From positions 96,001 through 160,000 of the forward strand of contig JBGPIA010000009.1 of assembly GCA_041484665.1 (NCBI GenBank): 64,000 nt of DNA, in the 5' to 3' direction. Below, one piece after another: positions 1 to 10,450 of the stretch. The position numbers and the translations under genes are program-made. How positions within the stretch are numbered: position 1 is the first letter of the stretch; each line of letters starts with the position of its first letter. This DNA comes from Candidatus Krumholzibacteriia bacterium. GTDB taxonomy: Bacteria; Krumholzibacteriota; Krumholzibacteriia; JAJRXK01. The notes under the pieces are model-generated. The model saw only the letters and a program-made list of their open reading frames with translations, searched no databases and was not told the origin of the DNA.

Positions 1-185
1 GGGAGACGTCCGGGGCCGCGCGCAGCTCCCTGGGCTTGGCACGGCGAACCGCTCGCCGCGTTCGCCCGCTGTCTCCCTTGCGCTTGGCGTGCTACGCTTG
101 CGCGGCCGCTGCCTGGCACACCCGATGCTCGGCAAGCGGAGTCCCGCCCCGAGCTTGCCGCTGCCCTCCGGAGGCCGCCCGTTCC

Positions 186-833
186 ATGGAGTCACGCCTA
201 GATACGGCTTCGCATCCGCACGGGCGGCGTGCCGAGCTGCGCCGGCCAGCAGCCCTCGTCCGACGGGCCGTGCGTGCTAAGCCGGCTGGTTTGGCGCTGC
301 CGCTTCGGCTGGCCCTGCTGGCGCTGCCGGCGGCGCTCTCGTCGCTCGTCCCGCTGTCGCTCTCGTCGCTCCATCGGGGCGCTGCGGTGGCGGGCGCCCT
401 GGCCGTCGCGGTGGGTGCCACCGTCGGTGAGGCGACCGCGGGTCCACCCTCGGCCGCCGATCTGCTCGAGACCTTCGCCGCGGGCTGGAAGGCGGAGGAT
501 GCCGCGTCGATCAAGCTGCTGTTGGCAGCCGGAGAGACGCGCTTTCGCCTTGAGCCCCCGGGCGCGGCGGACGCCGACGGGCCTGTCGACGCCGCCCTCT
601 GCAGCCCGGCGCAGATCTTCTATATATTACAGAAGCTGTTCGCCCAGGTCCGCGTGCTCGATGCGCGGCGCGATCGCAAGCTCGTCAGCCCTCGCGCCGA
701 TCAGGCCCACGGCGTCGTCGAGGTGCAGTGGCGCGCCGCGGCGAGCGACGAGCCGGTGCGGCGGCGGCTGTTCATCGAGATGCGCCATCAGTCGGAGGGA
801 TGGCGCGTGGTCGAGGTGAGGGCTCTGCCCTGA
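186..833 (+). CDS. Exported hypothetical protein, C-terminal NTF2-like/DUF4783-like domain
   Basis: ATG at 186 is in frame with ORF 36..833. Hydrophobic signal-like stretch, then LLETFAAGWKAEDAASI...SPAQIFYILQKLF...WRVVEVR, which resembles DUF4783/NTF2-like proteins. Start uncertain. Confidence 0.5.
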   Translation: MESRLDTASHPHGRRAELRRPAALVRRAVRAKPAGLALPLRLALLALPAALSSLVPLSLSSLHRGAAVAGALAVAVGATVGEATAGPPSAADLLETFAAGWKAEDAASIKLLLAAGETRFRLEPPGAADADGPVDAALCSPAQIFYILQKLFAQVRVLDARRDRKLVSPRADQAHGVVEVQWRAAASDEPVRRRLFIEMRHQSEGWRVVEVRALP

Positions 834-850
834 GCGCCCACGCGCATGCC

Positions 851-3800
851 ATGAAGGACGGCTTCCCCGGCCGCCTGATTCGCTCCTCGCTCCCGTACTC
901 CCTGCTCTCGCTCGGAGCGCTGTTGGCCTGCCTCGCGCAGGCGCGGCTGCCGTGGGCGGTGGTCGCGGCCGCGAGCGCCGCGGCCGCGGTGGCGGCAACC
1001 TGGCGCGGCGTGCGCTCGCGCAGCTTGCGCGCGGCCGCGGTGCGGGGCGTGCTCGCGCTGGCGCTCGCAGCCGGCGGTCTCGCGGCGGTCTCCATGGCGC
1101 GGCTGGCCGCCGTCGACGAGGAGGGCTGGACGCTGCGCTCGCGGGCGCGCCTCGCGCGCGGAGAGCGCACTGCGGGTGACCTGTTGTTGCAGCTGGAGGC
1201 CGCGGCCCGCGCGCGCGCCGCGAGCGCGCTGCGAGCGCAGACGGCCGGCGAGCTGGAGCCCCTGGCCGTCCCCCTGGTCGTCGCAGGCACCGCGCTGCCG
1301 GTGGGTGTCTCGGTCTGGCGCGGCGGGGAGCTGCTGCGCTGGGCCGGCGAGGTCCCGGGCCCCGACCGCCCGCAACCCACGCGCCGTCCCCTCATCGTCG
1401 ACCGCGGGTTCCGTCGCTACCTGAGCCTGGCGGCCCGCGACAGCCAGGGCGTCGCGACCCCCGGCACCAGCGGCCCCGCCAATACCGAGGTCGGCACCGC
1501 GGTGCACGGGATCCGCGCTGCGGCGCCCCTCGACGCGACCCGCGCTGCCGGCTCCGCCGCCGCCGGCAGCGCCTCAGCGGGCAGCGACAGTGCGGCTGCG
1601 GGCATCAACAGCTCCGCCGGCTCGACGGCTCCTGCCGACTCCACGCGGCTTGCGGCGTTCGTCGACGTCAGCTTGGGGATCACCCGCGAGCTGTTCCCGC
1701 GGCTGGGGGTCGGCGCCGACCCGGGGCAGCCGCTCTCGCGCGCCACCGGCCTGCGCGTTCGCCTGCTGCCCGAGCGCCCCGCGACCGATTCGCCCGCCAG
1801 CGAACTCGAGCGCGTGGCCGGCATCCCGCAGAGCGACCCCTGGGTCTGGCTGGCGCTCACGTCGCCGGGCCCGCGGGAGGAGCGGCGGCTGGCGCTGCAG
1901 CGCAGCGGCCAGCGGGTGGCGCTCATGGCACTCGCCGCCCTCGCACTCCTGGCGTTGGCCGCGTGGCAGGCATGGCCGCGCGTCGCCTCGGGGCGAGGCC
2001 GCCGCATCGCCACGGCAGCCGCAGTGGTGGCGGTGGTCGCCACGCGCCTGGCCCTGGATCGCGCCGGCGTCCTGGCGGTGGCCTCGACGGGCGCCGGCGG
2101 CTCGCTGCGCTACTTGCTGGAGCCAGCCTACTTCGCCACGACCTGGGGTCTCGGGCTGCTGCGCAGTGTGCTCGACTTCCTCGTCACCGCGCTGAGCCTC
2201 GCGCTGTTGGCGGTGCTGCTGCGGCCGGGCTGGCTGGCGTGGTGCGGGGGAACGCGCGGCCGCCGCGCCGCCACCCTGGTCCGCCTGCTCACGCTGCTGC
2301 TGGCCGCCGGTGGCGCGCTGGCGCTGGGGCGCGCGCTGCAGCAGGTCGTGGCGCAGAACGCCAACCCCAAGCTCATCGGGCCGGACGCTCCGTTCTTCAC
2401 CTTGCCATTCCTCGCCCTGCACGTGGCGCTGCTCCTGTGCTTCCTCGCGCCGGCGGCGCTGGCGTTGTTGGGGCTGCAGCGCTGGCTGCAGCAGCGGCGC
2501 GCCCCGGCACTGTGGGCAGCGGGATGCGCGGCGCTCTTGGGAGCGGGCGCGCTGGCCGCGCGCTGGCCCCCCGCGCCCGCTCTGTGGGCGGCGGCACTGC
2601 CGCTGCTGGCCCTGGCGATGTCGCCAGCCGTGGCCCATCCGGCGCCGGCGACACGGTCGGTCGCGGCGCTCCTGGCGGTGCTGTGGGCGGCCGGCTTCCA
2701 GGCCGAGGGCCTGCGCACGGTATACACGACCCTCAAGGAAGGGGTGGCGTTGGAGCGCGCCCAGGAGCGCCTGCGCCCGGGCGACAACTGGCGCCGCTTC
2801 CTGTTGGAGGACCTGCTGGCGGAGATCACCCACGACCCGGACGCGCTGCAGCGCCTGACCGATCCCGCCCTGGACCGCAGCAGCGCCGCATTCGAGCTGT
2901 GGGCCGGCAGCAGCTTGAGCGCGCTGGGCTACGGATCGCGCGTCGAGCTCCTGGGGCGCGGCGGCGCGCTGCTCTCCGAGTTCGATCTCAACTTGCCCTA
3001 CGAGCCCACGCCCACGGAGAGTTGGCGCCTGCAGCCCCTGGACTTGGACCCGCCGTGGGCCGTGGAGGCCCTCGAGGTCGGGACCGAGGAGGGTCCGTTC
3101 CTGGTCTATCGCGGCCGGCTCTGGCTGCCGCCGCTGCGGCCCGAGGGCGACGCGAGCTGGCTGGTGGTCGAGCTCCCCTACGCGGCGGTCGATCCGGCGG
3201 CGGCCATGGACCTGCAGGCCAGCGGACCCGCCGCGCTGGGCTTTCCCGCCGGGCGCGAGCTGACGCCGCGCAAGGAGTTCGAGGAGCCCGTGCTCATCGG
3301 ACGCTTGGGGGATGGGGTGGTGACCGCAGCGACCGATCCCGCGCTGATCGGACTGCCGTGCGCAGGGTTGGCCCAGGATGGCAGCTGGAGCGTGGTGCGC
3401 CTGCCCGGTGGGCCGCACCGGGCGCGCCTGGTGCGTGGCGACGCCGGCACGGATCTGGTGGTGGCGTTCGCCGAGCCCACCGTCGTCGAGCGGATGCTCG
3501 ACGCCAGCCGCCTCACCGCGCTGTACGTGCTCGCCGCCGTGCTGGCCGTCGCCGCGCTCGCGGCGCTGCTGCTGCTGCGCCCGCCCGCGGAGCGCGGCTT
3601 CCCGGGCCTGTTCGGCGCGCCGGGCTTCCAGGGGAAGCTCGTAGCGGCGCTGGTGCTGGTGGTGTTGCTGCCGGTGCTGGTCTCGGGCGCGTTCCACGAG
3701 CGGCAGCTGGCGAGCCGCTTGCGCCGCGAGAACCTCCAGGAGGTCGCCCGGCGCCTGGACACCGCGCTGCGCCTGCTGACGGGCACGCTGGATGATACCG

Positions 3801-5641
3801 CTGCCGGCCTGATCGGCAGCGAGTACATCCAGGACGTGCTGCAGCGCGGAACCACCGCCGCGCGGCGCGTGGTCGGCCCCTTCGAGCGCAGCCAAGCCAT
3901 GGTCTTCGCGCCCGGCGGGGAGCTGCTGCTGGACGAGACGCTGCGCAATCTGGACGCGCGTCACGCCGCGGCATTCCTCCAGTCGGTGCAGAGCGGCGAG
4001 GTCGTGCTTGAGGAGCAGGAAGGGGACTGGTTCCTTGGGCGCCTCTACACCGAGCCCGGCGCGCGCGGCCAGCCCTACCACGTCTACGTGCGCCGCCGAC
4101 TCACCGACGAGGACCTCGGCCGGCTGGCGCGCACGGTGGGCGCCGACCTCACGCTCTACGACGGACCCTGGGCGGTGGTCAGCAGCCAGGACGATCTCTA
4201 CAAGGCGGGGTTGATCACACCCGTGCTCCCCGCGCGCGCCAGTCAGGCCGTGCTCAGCGGCGGCAGCCGGCGCTACGTGCAGGCCGATCCGCGCGAGGGG
4301 CTCGTGGTCGCGGCGGGCTACGCGCCGGTGGGCGGTCCCGGCGGCGTGCGCCGCGGCGTGCTGGCCGCCAGCCTCTTCGCCCGCGCCACCGAGAGCGCGC
4401 AGGAGCGCCAGCGCACCGACCTGTTCCTGTTCGGCTTGTCGTCCCTGGCGTTCCTGCTGGCCGTCACGGTGGGACTGTGGGCCGCGGGGCGCATCGCCGA
4501 GCCGCTGCGCTCGCTGGCGGCTGCCGCGCGGCGCATCGGCGCCGGCGAGCTGAGCCTGCGCATGCCCGGTGGAGGGCGCGACGAGATCGGCCAGCTCATC
4601 GGCGCGTTCAATCGCATGGCCAGCGACCTGCAGAGCACCCAGGCCTCCCTCGCCGCGCGGCGCGCGTTCCTGGAGGCGATGCTGGGCAACCTGAGCGCCG
4701 GAGTGCTGGTGCTCGATGAGTCGCGCGCCGTCCGCGAGATGAACGCCGCGGGCCGCCGGCTCCTCTCGGGCTGCGAGCCGGAGATGCTCGCGCGCATCCG
4801 GGAGCTGGGGCCGCCGGCGGAGGTGGCCTCCACCGAGGTCGCGCTGCGCGGGGAGACCGGGCCGCGCACGCTGCGTCTGATCGTGACGCCGATCGCGCTC
4901 GAGGGCGGCACTCGCGGGTGGCTCGCGCTGTTCGATGATGTCACCGAGCTGTTGGCCACGCGCCAACTGGCGCTCTACGCCGAGATGGCGCGGCAGGTCG
5001 CCCACGAGGTGAAGAACCCGCTCACGCCGATCCTGCTCGCCGCCCAGATGGTCCGCCAGGCCTGCGCCGACCGGCACCCGGACCTGCAGGAGATCGTCGA
5101 CGACAACGTGCGACAGATCGAGACGCAGGTGCAGCGCCTGCGCTGGATCGCCTCGGAGTTCAGCCTGTTGGGGCGCTCGCAGCTGCCTGCCGCCGAGCCG
5201 GTCGGCGTCGCGGAGCTCCTGCGTCAGGTGCGCGCCCTGTACCCCTCGCCCGATGGCAGCCTGGAGCTGCGGTGCGAGGCGCCCGAGGACCTGGTCGCCC
5301 TGGCGTCGCGGGAGGCCCTGCTGAAGGTGCTGACCAACCTCGTCGAGAATGCCATGCAGGCCATGGGGGGACAGGGCCGCATCGTGCTGGGCGCGACCGC
5401 CCGCGGCGACCGCGTCGAGCTGCGAGTCGAGGACGAGGGCCCGGGCATTCCCCAGGACGTGCAGGACCGGCTGTTCGAACCCTACTTTTCCACCAAAAGC
5501 ACCGGGACGGGGCTGGGACTGGTGATTTGCCGTAATTTGATGGAGAAGATGGGCGGCGCAATCCGCCTGCAGAGCCGCGCGGACGCTCGCGGCGCCATGG
5601 CGCTCCTGGACCTGCCCGGCAGCCGTGCGAGGGACTTGTGA
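851..5641 (+). CDS. Large multi-pass membrane sensor histidine kinase (NtrY-like: HAMP, PAS-like, HisKA, HATPase)
   Basis: Many hydrophobic helices; HAMP (IAEPLRSLAAAARRIGAGEL...DEIGQLIGAFNRM); H-box VAHEVKNPLTPI; N-box LTNLVENAMQA; G1 DEGPGI; F LFEPYFSTK; G2 GTGLGL. ATG 851 follows the upstream stop at 833. Confidence 0.9.
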   Translation: MKDGFPGRLIRSSLPYSLLSLGALLACLAQARLPWAVVAAASAAAAVAATWRGVRSRSLRAAAVRGVLALALAAGGLAAVSMARLAAVDEEGWTLRSRARLARGERTAGDLLLQLEAAARARAASALRAQTAGELEPLAVPLVVAGTALPVGVSVWRGGELLRWAGEVPGPDRPQPTRRPLIVDRGFRRYLSLAARDSQGVATPGTSGPANTEVGTAVHGIRAAAPLDATRAAGSAAAGSASAGSDSAAAGINSSAGSTAPADSTRLAAFVDVSLGITRELFPRLGVGADPGQPLSRATGLRVRLLPERPATDSPASELERVAGIPQSDPWVWLALTSPGPREERRLALQRSGQRVALMALAALALLALAAWQAWPRVASGRGRRIATAAAVVAVVATRLALDRAGVLAVASTGAGGSLRYLLEPAYFATTWGLGLLRSVLDFLVTALSLALLAVLLRPGWLAWCGGTRGRRAATLVRLLTLLLAAGGALALGRALQQVVAQNANPKLIGPDAPFFTLPFLALHVALLLCFLAPAALALLGLQRWLQQRRAPALWAAGCAALLGAGALAARWPPAPALWAAALPLLALAMSPAVAHPAPATRSVAALLAVLWAAGFQAEGLRTVYTTLKEGVALERAQERLRPGDNWRRFLLEDLLAEITHDPDALQRLTDPALDRSSAAFELWAGSSLSALGYGSRVELLGRGGALLSEFDLNLPYEPTPTESWRLQPLDLDPPWAVEALEVGTEEGPFLVYRGRLWLPPLRPEGDASWLVVELPYAAVDPAAAMDLQASGPAALGFPAGRELTPRKEFEEPVLIGRLGDGVVTAATDPALIGLPCAGLAQDGSWSVVRLPGGPHRARLVRGDAGTDLVVAFAEPTVVERMLDASRLTALYVLAAVLAVAALAALLLLRPPAERGFPGLFGAPGFQGKLVAALVLVVLLPVLVSGAFHERQLASRLRRENLQEVARRLDTALRLLTGTLDDTAAGLIGSEYIQDVLQRGTTAARRVVGPFERSQAMVFAPGGELLLDETLRNLDARHAAAFLQSVQSGEVVLEEQEGDWFLGRLYTEPGARGQPYHVYVRRRLTDEDLGRLARTVGADLTLYDGPWAVVSSQDDLYKAGLITPVLPARASQAVLSGGSRRYVQADPREGLVVAAGYAPVGGPGGVRRGVLAASLFARATESAQERQRTDLFLFGLSSLAFLLAVTVGLWAAGRIAEPLRSLAAAARRIGAGELSLRMPGGGRDEIGQLIGAFNRMASDLQSTQASLAARRAFLEAMLGNLSAGVLVLDESRAVREMNAAGRRLLSGCEPEMLARIRELGPPAEVASTEVALRGETGPRTLRLIVTPIALEGGTRGWLALFDDVTELLATRQLALYAEMARQVAHEVKNPLTPILLAAQMVRQACADRHPDLQEIVDDNVRQIETQVQRLRWIASEFSLLGRSQLPAAEPVGVAELLRQVRALYPSPDGSLELRCEAPEDLVALASREALLKVLTNLVENAMQAMGGQGRIVLGATARGDRVELRVEDEGPGIPQDVQDRLFEPYFSTKSTGTGLGLVICRNLMEKMGGAIRLQSRADARGAMALLDLPGSRARDL

Positions 5642-6555
5642 AATCCACCCGGGCGCGGCCGCCGGCGGGGAACGTGGTAGGCTTGCTGGGCGTAGGACGC
5701 GTAGTGGCGCCGCAGGACAACGTAGGCCTCCCCTGCGGCCGGCGCGGCCGTTGCTCACGGAGACGAGGCATGGGAATGCGCAGCTTGCCATCGCGTCTGG
5801 CGACGCGCGGGGTCGCGGTGTGCCGCGCGCCGATCGCCGCCGCGCGCCACGCGCGCATCGCGCGGGCCACCCTGGCCGTGCTCTGCGCCGTGCTCTCCGC
5901 CGGGGTTTCCGCCCCGGGCGGGGCGCCAGCGGCGTGGGCGCAGGAGGTGCCCGAGAACCTCGGCCGCTTCCAGGTCGCGCGCTTGCACTATATGGGGGGC
6001 GGCGACTGGTACGCGAATCCCAGCAGTCTACCCAACCTGCTGCGCGAGCTGCAGGCCCGCACCGGCGCCCCCACCACGCCACGCGAGGCCACGGTCAAGC
6101 TCGACGACGAGCGGCTCTACGCCTACCCAATGCTCTATGTCACCGGACATGGCACGATCCGTCCCTCGCCGGCCGACATGGCCCGGTTGCGCCGCTACCT
6201 GGACGCGGGGGGCTTTCTCTGGGTGGACGACAACTACGGCATCGACAAGTCGTTTCGCGCCATGGCGGCCGACCTCTACCCCGACGAGAAGCTGGTCCCC
6301 ATCGGCAATGACCACCCCATGTACCGGACGTTCTATCGGCTGCCCGGGCTGCCGAAGATCCACTATCACGATGGCGACCCCGCGCAGGGGTTCGCCATCT
6401 ACCACGAGGGGCGCATGGCCCTGTACTACACCTGGAGCTGCGATATCGGCGACGGGCTGGAGGACCCGGAGGTCCACGGGGACTCTGCTGAGAAACGCGA
6501 GGCGGCCATGCGCATGGCGATCAACGTCTGCACCTTCGTCATGACACAGCCGTAG
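5638..6555 (+). CDS. DUF4159 domain-containing exported protein
   Basis: ARLHYMGGGDWYANPSSLPNLL, YPMLYVTGHG, LRRYLDAGGFLWVDDNYG, GLPKIH, DIGDGLED. GTG overlaps the kinase stop (GTGA); the true start may be later (ATG 5770). Confidence 0.85.
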   Translation: MKSTRARPPAGNVVGLLGVGRVVAPQDNVGLPCGRRGRCSRRRGMGMRSLPSRLATRGVAVCRAPIAAARHARIARATLAVLCAVLSAGVSAPGGAPAAWAQEVPENLGRFQVARLHYMGGGDWYANPSSLPNLLRELQARTGAPTTPREATVKLDDERLYAYPMLYVTGHGTIRPSPADMARLRRYLDAGGFLWVDDNYGIDKSFRAMAADLYPDEKLVPIGNDHPMYRTFYRLPGLPKIHYHDGDPAQGFAIYHEGRMALYYTWSCDIGDGLEDPEVHGDSAEKREAAMRMAINVCTFVMTQP

Positions 6556-6616
6556 CTGGGCAGCGCCACCACGGGCGCGCCCGGCGGCCGGGCCGGCAAC
6601 CGCAGCGGAGGACATC

Positions 6617-9600
6617 TTGAGCACAGCCACTGCACACAGCGCCGACGCGCGCAGCCTCAAGCAGCGCTTGCGCGGCGAGCTGCGCTGGCTGCGCCTGCGC
6701 TTGATCGCCCACGTGGGGCTCATGCTGCTGGGCGGCGTCGGACTGCTGGCGGCAGTGGCCGTCATCGCGGCACCCGCCTGGAGGCTGCGCGGGCCGGCGG
6801 GGGCGTGGGCGGTGCTGGCGACGGTCGCGCTGTTGGGAGGCTGGCTGATCGGGCTGGAGCTCGTGGCGCCGCTGCGCCGCATCGCCAGCCTGAAGGGCTT
6901 CACGCGCGAGCTGGAGCGTCACGGCGATTTCCAGAACCTGCTGGAGGCCGCCACGCAGTTCACCTCGCCGCGCCGGACCGATCCGCTGGTGTACGGCGCG
7001 TCGGCGGACCTGGTCGCCGAAGTGTTGCGCCGGGCCAGCCACGAGGCGCAGAGCACCGCGCTCGCGCGCCGCATCCCGCTGCCGGGTGTCGCCGCCCACG
7101 TCGGGCTGGCGCTGCTGTCGATGGCGGTCTGGCTGGTGCTCGGCGTGAGCGCGCCCGGACGCATCGCCGAGTCGCTGACGGCCCTGGCGCGGCCGTGGTC
7201 GCTGGCGACGCCGGCGCCCGTGGGCGGGCTGCACCCGCTCACGCAGAACCTGCGCGTGCCGGTCGGCGCGGATGCCACGCTGAAGGCGCGCGATTTCGTC
7301 GGCGGTTCCGCAGCCGTGGTGCTGGAGATCAATCGTACGGGCGACTTCTGGCAGCAGGGGCCCGTCCAGATGCAGCCGCCCTTCGCAGGACCGACACCCT
7401 ACCGCGACGCCGTCGCCCGCGTGGAGCACGTCGAGGACCCATTCCGTTACCGCTTCCGCAAGGGCGATCTGGTCACACCCGCCTTCGCGGTCGATGTCCG
7501 GGAGCGGCCCGTGCTCCGCAGCCTCGCGGCGCGCCTGCTCCCGCCCGCCTACACCGGCCAACCCGCCAGCGACCGGCCCGAGCTGGGCGGGGTGGTCTCC
7601 GTGCTGGAGGGAACGCGGGTCGAGCTGCGCGGGACGGCCAGCGTGCCCCTGCAGTCGGCGCAGCGGCTCGTGGAGGGCGCGCCGCCCGTGCCGCTGGCCG
7701 TCAATGGAGACGCGTTCGCCGACACGCTGGTGGTGCGGCGCGACCTGGCCTTCCGCATCGGGCTCACGGATCGCGAGGGGCTCACCGGCGAGGCGGCGAC
7801 GGTCTACCGCTTCAGCGCCATCGCCGACGATCCGCCCACCGTGAAGATCACCGCGCCTGCGCAGGACCGCGTGCTCGACCGTGACCTGCGGGTCGCGATC
7901 GCGGGCGTGGCCGCCGATGATGCCGGCCTCACGCGCGTCGAGCTCCTGTACAAGCGGGCCGATGCCAGCGACTGGACGCGCCGACGCCTGTACCGCGGCG
8001 GGCAGAGCGCCGAGGCGACGCCGGAGATCTCGGACCTCAAGGTGGATGCCGCGCCCAAGGAAGTCGCGCTGGAGTTCACGTGGGGCCTGGGCGAGGAGAC
8101 GCTGCAACCCGGGGACGAATTGTCGTATTGCCTGGAGGCCACCGACAACAACGCGCTCAAGGGGGGCCAGCGCTCCCGCAGCGCGGTGTTCCGGCTGCGC
8201 CTGCCCACGGTGGCCGAGGTGTTCGAGGGCCAGCGCGACCAGCGCACCGAGCAGACGGAGGATCTCCAGTCGGTGCTGCAGGAGGGCCAGGAGCTCCAGC
8301 AGACCTTTGAGCGGCTGGACCGCGAGTTGAAGAAGAACCCCAACCCCGACTGGGCCAAGCAGCAGGAGATCCAGGACGCGCTGCGCCGGCAGGAGGCCCT
8401 CAGCAAGAAGGTGCAGGACACCTCGCAAGACCTGCAGCGCACGCTGGAGCGCTTCCAGCGCGACAACGCTGGCAGCGTCGAGACCTTGGAGAAGATGCAG
8501 AAGATCCAGGAGCTGATCGAGGGGCTCAAGGACCAGAACCTGCAGAACTATCTGCAGACGCTCAAGCAGGCGATGGATCAGCTCTCGCCCCAGGAGATCC
8601 AGCACGCGATGGCGGAGGCCAAGCTCACCCAGGAGGAGTACAACCGCCGCCTCGACCGCACGGTCGAGCTGCTGCAGCAGCTCGAGCGCGAGCGCACCAT
8701 GAGCGACCTGGTAGAGGAGGTCAGCGAGTTCGTGCGCCGGCAGCAGGAGCTCAAGGAGCAGACGCAGCGCCATGCCAGTGAGCCACAGAAGCCCAAGGAC
8801 AAAGCGGGCAAGCCGGCGGACCAGGATCGAACTGGCAAGGACGCGCAGCAGCAGGGCAAGGAGCCAACGCAGGGCAAGGACGGGCAACAGCAGGGCACCG
8901 AGCCGCAGAAGGGCGCGCAGCCCAACGCGCCGCCGCCGCTGAGCCCGCAGGAGCTGGCCCGCGCGCAGCAGCAGCTCGCCTTGGAGACCCAGGCACTCGA
9001 AGAGCGGCTGCGCGCTGAGCTCGAGCGCCTGAAGCAGCAGCAGGGGTCTGCGCAGGACAGCCAGAAGGAACAGCCAGACCAAGAGGGGTCTCAAGAGAAA
9101 CCGGATCAACAGCAGCAGGGACCGGAGCATCAGGGCTCTCAGTCGCCGTCGGCCGGCGACGAGCAGAAGCCTGGTTCCCCGCAGCAGAACGAGCAGCAAC
9201 CCAACAGCCCGTCCGCCCAGAAGATGAAGGAAGCGCTCGAGCAGGCGCTGCAGAAGCTGCGCACTCAGGGCAAGCCGTCGCAACCCATGCAGGACGCGGC
9301 CAAGCAGCTGCAGAAGAACCAGCCGCAAGATGCCATGGACCCGCAGGACCAGGCCTCCGCGCGCCTGGCGTTCCTCTATCAGGTGTTGGCCAGCGGCATG
9401 CAGGGCATGCAGATGGCTAGCGCCAAGTCGGCCACCGAGAAGTTGCAGAAGACGGCCTACGACCTGCTCAACGTGAGCTTCGGCGAGGAGGGGGTCATCC
9501 ATATGCTGGGGGGTGGCGTGCGCGGCCAGCGCATGACGCCGGTGGCGCGCGACCAGGCGCGGCTGTTGCGCTCGGCCACCCGGCTGTCCGAGGAGCTGCA

Positions 9601-10450
9601 GCAGCTCGCTCGCAGCAATTTCGCCATCCCCGAGCAACTGCTCGCTAGCATGCGCCAGCTCGTGTCGGCGCTGCAGAACACGGTGGACCAACTCGAGCTC
9701 ACCCGCATGAGCCCGGCAGCGGACGAAGCCACGGCCTCGATGGGCATGACGAACCAGATCGTGATGAACCTGCTCACGGCGGCCCAGTCGTCGGGCGGGC
9801 AGGGCGGTGGTTCGACGTCCGAGCAAATGGAGCAGCTCTCCATGGACCAGTCGCGCCTCAACGGCATGACCCAGGACCTGCGCCAGCACATGCAGGATGG
9901 GCTCAGCGAGCAGGAGCGCCACCAGCTCGCCGAGCTGCGCGGCCGCCAGGAGGCCCTGCGCCAGCAGCTCGACGAGATCCGCGCAAAGGTCCAGGACCAG
10001 CGCCGCGTCCTGGGCGACCTCCACGAGATCGGCCGCCAGATGGAGGAGGTCACCAACGAACTGGACGCCGGGCGCCTCAGCGACGAGACCCAGCGCAAGC
10101 AGGATCAGATCCTGTCGCGGCTGCTCGACGCGCAGCGCTCGGTGCGCGAGCGCGACTTCGCCAAGCGGCGCGAATCGCGCGAGGCCGACCAGCTCTACAG
10201 CGAGCAAACCGGAGCTGTGGCGCCGCAGAGCCGCGAGGACCAGCAAGCCCAGATCCGCCGCTGGCTGGCGCCGGAGCGCGCGCCGCACGCTTACCAGGAC
10301 GACGTGCGCCGCTACTTCCGGCGCATCCAGGGCGAGCTGGAGGGCAAGCCGGACGCCACGCCAAGCACCACGCCACCCGCCCCGCAACGCGCTACGCCTG
10401 GCGTCACGCCTGGCGTCAAGCCCGAGGTCAAGTCGAAGGGGCGGCCGTGA
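6617..10450 (+). CDS. DUF4175-family membrane-anchored protein: Ig-like middle region and long Gln/Glu-rich coiled coil
   Basis: N-terminal TM helices, then PPAYTG, D-x-PP-x-V and EATDN motifs, a long Q/E/L-rich helical tail, and ILSRLLDAQRSVRERD near the C-terminus. Confidence 0.8.
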   Translation: MSTATAHSADARSLKQRLRGELRWLRLRLIAHVGLMLLGGVGLLAAVAVIAAPAWRLRGPAGAWAVLATVALLGGWLIGLELVAPLRRIASLKGFTRELERHGDFQNLLEAATQFTSPRRTDPLVYGASADLVAEVLRRASHEAQSTALARRIPLPGVAAHVGLALLSMAVWLVLGVSAPGRIAESLTALARPWSLATPAPVGGLHPLTQNLRVPVGADATLKARDFVGGSAAVVLEINRTGDFWQQGPVQMQPPFAGPTPYRDAVARVEHVEDPFRYRFRKGDLVTPAFAVDVRERPVLRSLAARLLPPAYTGQPASDRPELGGVVSVLEGTRVELRGTASVPLQSAQRLVEGAPPVPLAVNGDAFADTLVVRRDLAFRIGLTDREGLTGEAATVYRFSAIADDPPTVKITAPAQDRVLDRDLRVAIAGVAADDAGLTRVELLYKRADASDWTRRRLYRGGQSAEATPEISDLKVDAAPKEVALEFTWGLGEETLQPGDELSYCLEATDNNALKGGQRSRSAVFRLRLPTVAEVFEGQRDQRTEQTEDLQSVLQEGQELQQTFERLDRELKKNPNPDWAKQQEIQDALRRQEALSKKVQDTSQDLQRTLERFQRDNAGSVETLEKMQKIQELIEGLKDQNLQNYLQTLKQAMDQLSPQEIQHAMAEAKLTQEEYNRRLDRTVELLQQLERERTMSDLVEEVSEFVRRQQELKEQTQRHASEPQKPKDKAGKPADQDRTGKDAQQQGKEPTQGKDGQQQGTEPQKGAQPNAPPPLSPQELARAQQQLALETQALEERLRAELERLKQQQGSAQDSQKEQPDQEGSQEKPDQQQQGPEHQGSQSPSAGDEQKPGSPQQNEQQPNSPSAQKMKEALEQALQKLRTQGKPSQPMQDAAKQLQKNQPQDAMDPQDQASARLAFLYQVLASGMQGMQMASAKSATEKLQKTAYDLLNVSFGEEGVIHMLGGGVRGQRMTPVARDQARLLRSATRLSEELQQLARSNFAIPEQLLASMRQLVSALQNTVDQLELTRMSPAADEATASMGMTNQIVMNLLTAAQSSGGQGGGSTSEQMEQLSMDQSRLNGMTQDLRQHMQDGLSEQERHQLAELRGRQEALRQQLDEIRAKVQDQRRVLGDLHEIGRQMEEVTNELDAGRLSDETQRKQDQILSRLLDAQRSVRERDFAKRRESREADQLYSEQTGAVAPQSREDQQAQIRRWLAPERAPHAYQDDVRRYFRRIQGELEGKPDATPSTTPPAPQRATPGVTPGVKPEVKSKGRP

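Noticed and set aside
1574..6082. 1502-aa minus-strand ORF
   Set aside because: Antisense shadow of the sensor kinase. High GC suppresses stop codons and the translation has no recognisable motifs.
6539..10387. 1282-aa Leu-rich minus-strand ORF
   Set aside because: Mirror of the Gln/Glu-rich DUF4175 gene (CAG/GAG codons read as CTG/CTC on the other strand).
10395..10440. 12-bp repeat encoding TPGV TPGV KPEV at the DUF4175 C-terminus
   Set aside because: Short low-complexity coding tail with no sign of a separate function.
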